Below are positions 28,973 through 37,124 of a DNA stretch of 37,124 nt, piece after piece. Under the pieces are notes generated by a model. It saw only the letters and a list, made by a program, of their open reading frames with translations. It made no database searches and was not told the origin of the DNA. Every line of letters starts with the position of its first letter. Position 1 is the stretch's first letter. The position numbers and the translations under genes were made by a program. The DNA lies in the NCBI GenBank assembly GCA_965649115.1, contig CBFGJN010000015.1, forward strand, positions 1 through 37,124, given 5' to 3'. Source of the DNA: a candidate division WOR-3 bacterium (lineage in GTDB: Bacteria; Hydrothermota; Hydrothermia; LBFQ01; DSFT01).

Positions 28973-30297
28973 ACATCATTTTAAATCTAATAGAACTTGA
29001 TATAAACAAGGCTGTTGAGATAGCCAAAAAGAGAAATGTCCAAATCCTTCAAAGTGAAAATAATCTTCAAGGATATAAGGCGGACTACATAAAAGCTCGC
29101 TCCCAAATACTTCCTCAAATTTCAGTAAATGGAATTTGGACCTATACAGCGAATCCAGCAGTCATAAGGTTTGGTGCTCCTACAAGATATATAGGTTATC
29201 AAAACCCACAAAATCCAAATGAATTTATCATTTATCCTGACCCTAATTCAATCGTCTATTCTGAAATCCCTTTTAGACCTCAAAATAGTTATAATGTCCA
29301 ATTTACATTAAGACAACCCATATTTTCTTGGTTTAGGGAAATAAATGCTATGAAATTAGCTGATGAACAATTTAAAATTGAAAATGAAAATTCTAAAATT
29401 TTAGAATATAGACTTTCAAGTCAGGTAAAAAGCTTTTACCTTGATATTTTATTTTTCAAGGAGACATTTAAAATTTATGAAAAGACATTAAAAGACTTAG
29501 AAGAAGTTTATAATTCAACTAAAAAGCGATACGATAATGGATTAGCTTCAAGTCTTGAATTATTACAAGCACAAGTAAATTACGAAAATGCCAAATTTAG
29601 TTATGAAAATGCTAAAAAAACTTATAACGATTTATTGAATAACTTAAAAGTTCTTTTAAATTTGCCTGATAGTGAAGAAATTGCTATTGTTGATAGTATA
29701 GATAATGTTCAAATTGATACAAATTTAATCATTGATGAAAATAAAATTAAATTTAGAAAAGATATTCTGCTTCTTGAAAAACAAATGAAAACACTTCAAA
29801 AACTAATAGATATTCAAAGTTCATTAAACAAACCAAACATATTTGCACAAGTTCAATATCTCGCTTCAAGGCCTGCTCCAAATCTTGAAGACAAATGGGG
29901 AGGAACTTGGACATTTTCTATAATTTTCAATTGGAATTTATTTGATGGATTTTCTACAAATGCAGAGATTGAAAAAATAAATACTCAAATTGATCAGCTT
30001 AAACTAATTTATGACTTTCAAGTTCAAACATCAAAAATTCAACTACAAAATGCTATCAATAATATGAGTATAGCAAAAAGAAACTTGGAAACAACCAAAC
30101 AAAATGCCAAATTATCTGAAAAGCTATTAGAAACTGCCAAAATTCAATTTAATAATGGTTTAATATCAAATTTACAATTTTATGACATTCAAAGAAGTTA
30201 TATAGCATCACAAATAGCTTATAAGCAAGCTTTGAGGGATTATTATAAAGCTGTTGTAGATTTAGATTTAGTTCTAAATGTAGGCAAATTACAATAA
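28966..30297 (+). CDS. TolC family outer-membrane efflux protein
   Basis: Two OEP-like repeats (RYDNGLAS.LE, QFNNGLIS.L) and its position in the RND operon. Confidence 0.9.
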   Translation: MLNIILNLIELDINKAVEIAKKRNVQILQSENNLQGYKADYIKARSQILPQISVNGIWTYTANPAVIRFGAPTRYIGYQNPQNPNEFIIYPDPNSIVYSEIPFRPQNSYNVQFTLRQPIFSWFREINAMKLADEQFKIENENSKILEYRLSSQVKSFYLDILFFKETFKIYEKTLKDLEEVYNSTKKRYDNGLASSLELLQAQVNYENAKFSYENAKKTYNDLLNNLKVLLNLPDSEEIAIVDSIDNVQIDTNLIIDENKIKFRKDILLLEKQMKTLQKLIDIQSSLNKPNIFAQVQYLASRPAPNLEDKWGGTWTFSIIFNWNLFDGFSTNAEIEKINTQIDQLKLIYDFQVQTSKIQLQNAINNMSIAKRNLETTKQNAKLSEKLLETAKIQFNNGLISNLQFYDIQRSYIASQIAYKQALRDYYKAVVDLDLVLNVGKLQ

Positions 30298-30309
30298 AGG
30301 AGGAAAAAC

Positions 30310-31152
30310 ATGAAAAACTTAAAAAACTTAACTTTGATTTTCATTCTTTTAGCTTGTCAAACAAATGCCAAAACGATACAAAAGGAAGATGAAAAAATCG
30401 TACCGATTTCTATAACTACACCAAAAATTTCTCAAATTGAATATAGTGAGATTTTCACTGCTAATATAAGTGGAGACCCATTAACCTTAGTTTTTCCAGA
30501 AGTTCCTGGGAAATTTATAAACTATGTAGTAAGTGAAGGTCAATATGTAAATAAAGATGAAGTTATTGCTTACCTTGATAGAAGCACGACGGGACTTGAA
30601 TTCAACAATTATCCGATTAAATCTCCAACAAGTGGAAGAATTCATCTTCTAAATATAAATGCTGGTCAATTTGTTTCTCCTTCAAATCCAATCGCCCAAA
30701 TATATGGAAATCCAATAGCAATTATCAAATTACCATCAATCTATTATAATAAAATAAAAATCGGTGATGAAATTGAAATTTTCTCTAATGAATTAGGAAT
30801 TAAGGAAAAAACAAGAATTTACTATAAAAGCACAATTATAGACCCATTAAGTCAAACATTTGAAATAAGGGCAAGAGTTTATAAATTCCCAATAGGTTCA
30901 TTTGCTAATGCCAAAATTACATTAAATAAGAAAGATAAAACGATCGTTATTCCAACATCTGCAATTCTTGGTCTTGATAAAAAATATGTTTTTATTGTAA
31001 ATGGCGATAGAGCCTATAAGAAAATTGTAAAAATTGGTATATCTAATGAAGAAATGACAGAAATTCTTGAAGGTTTAAGTTTAAATGATACAATTGTTAT
31101 TGAAGGTCAATATAATTTACAAGATGGACAAAAAGTGAGGGTTATAAGATGA
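30310..31152 (+). CDS. RND periplasmic adaptor (lipoprotein)
   Basis: Lipobox LLAC, VSEGQ.V.K, IKSP.SG, and C-terminal EILEGL..ND.IV.EG. SD GGAGG. Confidence 0.9.
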   Translation: MKNLKNLTLIFILLACQTNAKTIQKEDEKIVPISITTPKISQIEYSEIFTANISGDPLTLVFPEVPGKFINYVVSEGQYVNKDEVIAYLDRSTTGLEFNNYPIKSPTSGRIHLLNINAGQFVSPSNPIAQIYGNPIAIIKLPSIYYNKIKIGDEIEIFSNELGIKEKTRIYYKSTIIDPLSQTFEIRARVYKFPIGSFANAKITLNKKDKTIVIPTSAILGLDKKYVFIVNGDRAYKKIVKIGISNEEMTEILEGLSLNDTIVIEGQYNLQDGQKVRVIR

Positions 31153-34100
31153 TCAGACTTGCTGTTAAAAGACCAATTTTAACATTTGTTGTTTTCGCTG
31201 TTTTAACTGTGTTTGGTTTATTTTCTCTACTTAACTTAAAAATTGATTTATTTCCAAATGTAACATTGCCTTCAATTTCAGTAGTAACATTTTATAGAGG
31301 GGCAAGTAGCGAAGATGTAGAAAAGCTCGTTACTGAACCACTTGAAAGAGCTTTATCCACAATTCCCAATATTAAAACAATTAGGTCATTTTCACAAGAA
31401 AATATATCAACAATAATTCTTGAATTTGAACAAGGGACAAATCTTGATGCAGCTGTAAATGATATTAGAGATAGACTTGATTTTGCTTTAAGATTGCTTC
31501 CAAGTGATATTGAAAGACCTACAATTTTTAAATTTGATTTATCGCAAGTTCCAATAATGGCAGTTGTTATTTACTCAGATGATAGTTTGAGAGATATTAG
31601 AAAAGAATTTGATGATTTCATTCAAACTGAACTTGAAAGAGTTCCTGGTGTTGGTCAAGTTTTGTTATTTGGAGGTGGAAGAAAAAGACAAGTTAATATA
31701 TTGGTTGATAAATCTAAACTTGAAGCATATAATTTAACATTGGATCAAGTTGTTAATGCCATCAAATTAAACAATTTAAATGTTCCTGTTGGTGATATAA
31801 AATATGGTGATATTGATTGGACAATAAGAGTTCAAGGTGATATTAAAAATCCAAAAGAAATTAAGGATTTACCAATTTTTAGAAGAGATGGTTCAATTAT
31901 AAAAATTTCAGATATTGCAAAAGTTGATTATAGTTATGCTGATAAAATAAACGATGTTAAAGCACTTGGAAAAGATGCTGTATTTGTTGGAATTTTTAAG
32001 CAGGCTGATGCTAATGCAGTTGAAACCGCTCAAAGAGTAAAGAAAAAATTGAATGAAATTAGTAAAAAATATAATTTGAAAGTTCTAATTCCTACTGATT
32101 TTTCAAGGAATGTAGAAAATTCAATTAAAAATTTAAATAGAGATTTGATTTTTTCAGCAATTTTTGTAATTTTAGTTACATTTTTGCTTTTGAGAAATAT
32201 AACCGCATCAATAATTATTTCAATTGCAATTCCAACATCATTAATTGTAGCATTTATTTATCTTTATTTAAGTGGAACAACGATTAATCTAATATCACTT
32301 TCTGCCTTAGCATTAGCTGTTGGTCTTGTTGTAGATGATGCAATTGTAGTAATGGAAAATATATTTTATCATAGAGAAAAAGGTGAAACTCCAATAAGTG
32401 CTTCAATTTTTGCAACAGAAGAAGTTTCACAAGCAGTTATAGCAAGCACATTGACGAGAATTTCAGTAGTTTTACCTCTTTTATTTGCAGGTGGATTTAT
32501 TGGACTATTTTTTAGAGAGCTTGTATTTTCAATAGCAATAACACTATTTATTTCCTTGTTAGTTTCATTTAGTTTAACACCAATGCTTGCATCTAAATTC
32601 TTAAAAGATCCAAAACCTCCTACTACAATTATTGGAAGAATTCTTGAAAATTCATTTAGAGCACTTGAAAATGCTCATAAAAAATTATTAAGATGGTCAG
32701 TTAATCATAAATTTTTAGCATTAAGCATTGGAATTTTAATTTTTATACTTGGATTTTCATTATTCAGATTCGTTAAAACTGAATTTATTCCACAACAAGA
32801 TACAGGAGATATTATAATTACAGCACTATTAGCACCTGGCACTAAACTTGAAAAAACAATTGAAGTTAAAAATAAAATTGAGGAAGTTCTTAAAAACAAT
32901 AAATATGTTGATTTTTATGTTATTAGGGTTGGACCAACTGAAAGTGGATTTGGCTCAATAAGTGGCCTTGTAGAAGCAAGCAATTTTATTGGGGGACAAA
33001 TTAAACTTATAGACTTGAAAAAAAGAGATAAGGATAGTAGAACAATCGCTTTTGAAATTGAAAGCAAAATTAAAGAAATTCCAGGTATTCAAAAAATTGA
33101 AGTTAGTCCTGGAAGCTTTGCTAATCAATTATTATTTGGTGGAGGAAAACCAATTTCTATTGAAATATATGGCGATGATATTGAAAAAACTGATTCAATT
33201 GCCAAATTAATTAAAGAAAAGGTTGAGAAAATCAAAGGAACTGTTGGTGTTACAATTTCAAGACAATCAGCAAATCCAGAGATTAAAATTAAATTGAATA
33301 ATTCAGAATTGGCAAAACATGGACTTACAATAGCACAAGTTGGAAATTACATTAGAAATGCCATCTTTGGAACAACTGCAAGCACTATTAAATTTGAAGG
33401 TTTAGATATTGATGTTGTTGTAAGATTTGATGAAAATTATAGACAAACTTTATCAATTTTAAATAATTTACAAATTCCTACCCCATTTGGTTATAATGTT
33501 TATCTCTCAGATATTGCTCAAATTAATTATGGTTATGGACCCCTTGTAATTGAAAGAATAAATAAACAAAGAGTTGTTAAGGTTGAAACAGATTATTATC
33601 AAAGAGCATTAAGTGAAATTACAAATGAAGTTCAAAACATTATAAGTGAAATTAAATTGCCGCCTGATATTAGTATTAAAATTTCAGGTTCAGTTGAAAG
33701 ACAAAGAGAAGCATTTGGTCAATTGTTTTTAGCTCTTATTCTTGGTATTATTTTAATTTATCTTGTTATGGCTGGACAATTAAATTCATTTTTATACCCT
33801 GCTATTATTATGCTTTCCGTTCCATTCTCACTAGTTGGTGTTGCTATTATATTTGCAATAACAAATCAACCATTATCTGTTAATGGTTTTGTAGGTGTTA
33901 TATTAGTTAGTGGTGTTGTTCTTGCTAATGCAATTTTGATGACAGATTATATGAATATATTAAAAGCAAGGGGATATGATTTAATTGAAGCAGTCGTTGA
34001 AGGAGCAAGCAGAAGATTGAGACCAATTTTAATTACAACATTAGTTGTTATATTCGGTTCTTTGCCATTAGCACTTTCAAAGGGTGAAGGTTCTGAACAA

Positions 34101-34217
34101 TTTAAACCATTAGCAATAGCAGTTATTGGAGGATTGGCATTTTCAACGATTATTACACTATTTTTTATTCCAACTGTTTATTCAATTTTTGAAAGCATAA
34201 GGAGGAAAAGAAAATGA
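31149..34217 (+). CDS. RND efflux permease (AcrB/SwrC-like)
   Basis: 1022 aa with GLVVDDAIVVMEN, RLRPILIT and PLAIAVIGG. Confidence 0.96.
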   Translation: MIRLAVKRPILTFVVFAVLTVFGLFSLLNLKIDLFPNVTLPSISVVTFYRGASSEDVEKLVTEPLERALSTIPNIKTIRSFSQENISTIILEFEQGTNLDAAVNDIRDRLDFALRLLPSDIERPTIFKFDLSQVPIMAVVIYSDDSLRDIRKEFDDFIQTELERVPGVGQVLLFGGGRKRQVNILVDKSKLEAYNLTLDQVVNAIKLNNLNVPVGDIKYGDIDWTIRVQGDIKNPKEIKDLPIFRRDGSIIKISDIAKVDYSYADKINDVKALGKDAVFVGIFKQADANAVETAQRVKKKLNEISKKYNLKVLIPTDFSRNVENSIKNLNRDLIFSAIFVILVTFLLLRNITASIIISIAIPTSLIVAFIYLYLSGTTINLISLSALALAVGLVVDDAIVVMENIFYHREKGETPISASIFATEEVSQAVIASTLTRISVVLPLLFAGGFIGLFFRELVFSIAITLFISLLVSFSLTPMLASKFLKDPKPPTTIIGRILENSFRALENAHKKLLRWSVNHKFLALSIGILIFILGFSLFRFVKTEFIPQQDTGDIIITALLAPGTKLEKTIEVKNKIEEVLKNNKYVDFYVIRVGPTESGFGSISGLVEASNFIGGQIKLIDLKKRDKDSRTIAFEIESKIKEIPGIQKIEVSPGSFANQLLFGGGKPISIEIYGDDIEKTDSIAKLIKEKVEKIKGTVGVTISRQSANPEIKIKLNNSELAKHGLTIAQVGNYIRNAIFGTTASTIKFEGLDIDVVVRFDENYRQTLSILNNLQIPTPFGYNVYLSDIAQINYGYGPLVIERINKQRVVKVETDYYQRALSEITNEVQNIISEIKLPPDISIKISGSVERQREAFGQLFLALILGIILIYLVMAGQLNSFLYPAIIMLSVPFSLVGVAIIFAITNQPLSVNGFVGVILVSGVVLANAILMTDYMNILKARGYDLIEAVVEGASRRLRPILITTLVVIFGSLPLALSKGEGSEQFKPLAIAVIGGLAFSTIITLFFIPTVYSIFESIRRKRK

Positions 34218-34456
34218 AAGTTTATTTTATTTTTGTTGATGCTGCTTATGAAATGGATTTTAGAGAAGAACTTGACGAAATTATAAGCGAGTACTTTATT
34301 ATTCCAAAAGTCTTATATAAAGGAGAAATTCCACAATTTGATGACATTGTTTGGCCTGGTTATAGAGTTGGAATTATATTACAAACAACTGATGATAACA
34401 ATTTAATTAAACTTTTGAATAAATGGAATGAGAAAGTAAAGTTTTTGGTAATTTGA
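34214..34456 (+). CDS. Small transporter-associated P-II-like protein (PG0541-like)
   Basis: VWPG motif; coupled by ATGA overlap to the RND permease. Confidence 0.65.
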   Translation: MKVYFIFVDAAYEMDFREELDEIISEYFIIPKVLYKGEIPQFDDIVWPGYRVGIILQTTDDNNLIKLLNKWNEKVKFLVI

Positions 34457-34491
34457 TTGAAAATTCTTTTTTCAGATAAGAGGGGCAGAAC

Positions 34492-36327
34492 TTAAAACGG
34501 AACAAAAACTTTAAATAAATTATGTTTTGTCTTTATGAAATAAACACCTTTTTTCAAATTCACATTTTTAATCAACCTTCCATTTAAATCATAAACATAA
34601 CTTGGAATTTCATCATCACAAACAGCCATTCTATTCTTAACAACACAAGTTTTCGTTTTATATGTTATTTCATTTAAACCAACAATTGAATTGTTAATTG
34701 GCAATGCGATAGCAGATGGATAGAGATAACCAGTCCATATAGTATTTAAAGCAACTAATTTATTAGGGTCATTTCTCTTAAATGGACCTCCATTATTTGG
34801 ATTGGGTTCATAAGAAGGATATTTTGAAGATGTTATATAAATTCTAATTCTATGGTTTTTATTAAAAACATAAGCTGTGCTCCTTAATGGTATCATAAAG
34901 AAATAAATACTATCAGGATTTAATAGATCTTCCCTATCAACACCATTTCTATGTCTTGCTTTTAAAACACCTTCACTAATTAATATACTTCTTCCATCAG
35001 GATAAACATCTGCTAATAACACAATAAAATCAGTATCAAATCTATTTGAACTTGCATATAAGTATAAAACTGGTTGTCCAATAACTGCTAATGGCTCACT
35101 TAATGTGTTTGATGTAAATATCAAGACATCACTTCTATTATTTATTGGATTTAAATTTCTTGGTCCAAATAGTATACTATCGTAATTGGGCTGACCTATA
35201 TTATCAAAGCCTCCAATTGCCGGTGTGGGATTATTTGGGTCGTAAATATAAGGATAACCAGAAGAAGGATAATTAGGAAAGTCAGTTTTAAGGGAATCTC
35301 CTACTAAATACCAGTATCCATAATAATATCCACTTGGTGGAAAATTATCAGCTTCTATCCACTTGTTCCACTTCGTAGTATCATTAGTAGAAACATCTCC
35401 CATTAGGTAAAATTTTACTCTTTTTTTAGATGCCCAATCACCAGAACCTCTAAGCCAATACAAAACCCAATCAGCAAGAAGCCAAAAATAATCAATCTTG
35501 GAATTACTTGGAAAGATAAAGTCACCAACTGTATCTTTATTTATGAGATGTATCCAAGGTCCTATTATAATATATTGATAATCTCTTGCTCTTGAACCTC
35601 CATAAAATCTTATATGATTGAATGCAGAAATTGCACCCTCTGTAAAGGCATCAAACCAACCAGTAATATGTAGCATAGGAGCATTGAATTGACCTGATGT
35701 TCTTAAATAACCATTTACCCAAGCCCATGGGCTATTATTTGAATAAACTGCATATTTTTCTACTGTATCAAGCCACATAGGCGCTCCTACTCCATAAAGC
35801 CAAGTTTCTACAATGGACTTTCTTAATTCTCCCCCATAAAATACTTCATAATACAAAGAAAAACCTGCTATCGCTGGTGCTGCACATATCAGGTCAAAAT
35901 CTGTTCCTTCTAAAAAGTACTGAGCAAAGCCAAGCGCTGAACCACCAACTGTGCAAATTGAATCATTTGACCAATGCTGACTTATAATCCATAAAGCAAC
36001 TTCCTTACTATCCTGATTTGGACCCCAACCTTCAGCAAAGAAAGGAGTTTTTATTCCTCCACTTTCTACAAATCCCCTAAATGTACTTACAACATATGCA
36101 AAGTTATTACTAGTTATTAGAGCTATTGTTGAGCTATCTGCAGGTTTATTTGGATCAGAAATATTGGGATGCCCCATCGTATCATAAGGCGTTCTTACTA
36201 AAATTGTAGAGAATTTCTTATTTATTGTGTCATCTGGAAGCCATACATAAACTTTTATAGGTGTTCCATCTGACATTATAACATCAGTCTTAAAATGTAT
36301 CCAGGTTATGAAAAGGGTACTAAGCAT
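34492..36327 (-). CDS. CocE/NonD family hydrolase with a T9SS-CTD-like tail
   Basis: Motifs MSDG, RTPY, GGSALG, GWFD, IGPWIH and YDP.NP.P. The C-terminus reads VYDLNGRLIK..LKKGVYFIK..KVFV. Confidence 0.9.
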   Translation of the reverse strand: MLSTLFITWIHFKTDVIMSDGTPIKVYVWLPDDTINKKFSTILVRTPYDTMGHPNISDPNKPADSSTIALITSNNFAYVVSTFRGFVESGGIKTPFFAEGWGPNQDSKEVALWIISQHWSNDSICTVGGSALGFAQYFLEGTDFDLICAAPAIAGFSLYYEVFYGGELRKSIVETWLYGVGAPMWLDTVEKYAVYSNNSPWAWVNGYLRTSGQFNAPMLHITGWFDAFTEGAISAFNHIRFYGGSRARDYQYIIIGPWIHLINKDTVGDFIFPSNSKIDYFWLLADWVLYWLRGSGDWASKKRVKFYLMGDVSTNDTTKWNKWIEADNFPPSGYYYGYWYLVGDSLKTDFPNYPSSGYPYIYDPNNPTPAIGGFDNIGQPNYDSILFGPRNLNPINNRSDVLIFTSNTLSEPLAVIGQPVLYLYASSNRFDTDFIVLLADVYPDGRSILISEGVLKARHRNGVDREDLLNPDSIYFFMIPLRSTAYVFNKNHRIRIYITSSKYPSYEPNPNNGGPFKRNDPNKLVALNTIWTGYLYPSAIALPINNSIVGLNEITYKTKTCVVKNRMAVCDDEIPSYVYDLNGRLIKNVNLKKGVYFIKTKHNLFKVFVPF

Positions 36328-36453
36328 AGCTTGAAAATTTTATTTCACAAATGGGTGAATTTTCAAGTCTCTGAAAGTATAATAAAATCTACTATTCTAA
36401 TATCATAAAAAATTTTTTGCCAAAACATTTTCTAAAATTTCAAAAAAAGTGAA

Positions 36454-36586
36454 GTCAAATAATCCTAAAAATATAATTATTTCTATTCTTTTCCCACTAA
36501 CACTGAATTAAGCCTTCTGCGAGGAATCTTCGCCCCCTAAAATCTATCATTAAATCAATAATTTAACACCATTTATTGGACAAAGC
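36454..36586 (-). mobile_element. Decayed element copy
   Basis: Ends with TTATTGGACAAAGC at 36573-36586; the interior is decayed. Confidence 0.75.
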
Positions 36587-36619
36587 AAACAAAATTGGTG
36601 GTCAATTATTTGATTTATA

Positions 36620-36686
36620 GACTTATATTTAGGGTGGGTGGAGAAAATGTAGAAAAATCAATAATTTTAGATTTACTAGACACAGC
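36620..36686 (+). mobile_element. Right half of the element
   Basis: AGGGTGGGTGG...TTACTAGACACAGC. Confidence 0.8.
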
Positions 36687-36697
36687 AAAATTTTTAT

Positions 36698-36884
36698 GCT
36701 TTGTCCAATAATTATTGTTAAACAATTGATAGCTAATAACTTATAAAAGATTTATTAAAATTATTGGTTTATAGGGGGGCAGAGCCCCCCAAGGCAAAAG
36801 ATGGGGTATTTATAAGCCGAAGGCTTATTTTCAGGGTGGGTAAAATAAAGAAAAATAAATGATTTTGGAATTACTTGACGCACT
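36698..36884 (+). mobile_element. Near full-length element (187 bp)
   Basis: Left end GCTTTGTCCAATAA, both hairpins present, decayed right end TTACTTGACGCACT. Confidence 0.88.
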
Positions 36885-36895
36885 ATCAAAACACT

Positions 36896-37100
36896 GCTTT
36901 GTCCAATAAATAATGTTAAGACCTTGATAATCAATAACTTATAAAATTTTTAAGGAAATTATCGATTTTATTCGGGGATTTTAAGGGGGGCGAAGCCCCC
37001 CCGCAGCCGAAAAATGGGGATTTTTAAGCCGTAGGCTTAAATTCAGGGTGGGTGGGCAAAATATAGAAATGATTATATTTCCAGAATTATTGGACAAAGC
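36896..37100 (+). mobile_element. Full-length element (205 bp) with perfect TIRs
   Basis: GCTTTGTCCAATAA...TTATTGGACAAAGC (15 bp if the flanking T/A are included). Confidence 0.93.
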
Positions 37101-37111
37101 AATTTGATTTT

Positions 37112-37124
37112 GCTTTGTCCAATA
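37112..37124. mobile_element. Terminus of the next element, cut by the window edge
   Basis: GCTTTGTCCAATA, 11 nt after the previous unit. Confidence 0.8.

Noticed and set aside
8746..32899. Short nested or antisense ORFs (8746, 10344, 12219, 13967, 16421, 20996, 21404, 23289, 24419, 24917, 25879, 26508, 32705)
   Set aside because: They overlap well-supported genes and have no recognisable motifs or start signals.
36340..36450. Minus-strand pseudogene or 21-aa ORF upstream of the hydrolase
   Set aside because: Short, interrupted by stops, and without recognisable homology.
36896..37100. Assigning the element to a named IS family, or calling it a tRNA or known ncRNA
   Set aside because: The ends only loosely recall several IS families and no transposase is visible. 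There is no cloverleaf or recognisable Rfam motif.
36620..37124. Integron cassette array
   Set aside because: No GTTRRRY/RYYYAAC attC boxes, no cassette ORFs and no integrase.

Overview
This is a very AT-rich window from a diderm bacterium (LptF/G, LolC/E, TonB, TolC/RND, an MglA-type GTPase and a hydrolase with a T9SS-like tail). The gene content is tentatively compatible with candidate phylum WOR-3, which is inference only. The genes are mostly housekeeping or envelope functions: mnmG, tlyA, ald, pntB, rlpA, peptidases and an RND efflux operon. I saw no rRNA, tRNA, CRISPR array or transposase. The main signal is non-coding. Almost every inter-operon gap holds whole or decayed copies of one ~204-bp element with ends (T)GCTTTGTCCAATAA...TTATTGGACAAAGC(A). 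The element carries two GC-rich hairpins with 3-4-nt, mostly GNA-type loops and compensatory stem changes, a GGG-hairpin-GGGTGGGTGGG module and an internal TAAAATTTT(C/G/T)AA box. Copies form head-to-tail arrays separated by exactly 11 nt (A-N9-T). This linker is an identical locus-specific direct repeat at most loci but differs at every junction of the last array. Most operon-leading genes look leaderless. That pattern reveals an rlpA gene with an apparent ATC start. There is also an unannotated 24-aa membrane peptide coupled at both ends downstream of mnmG.
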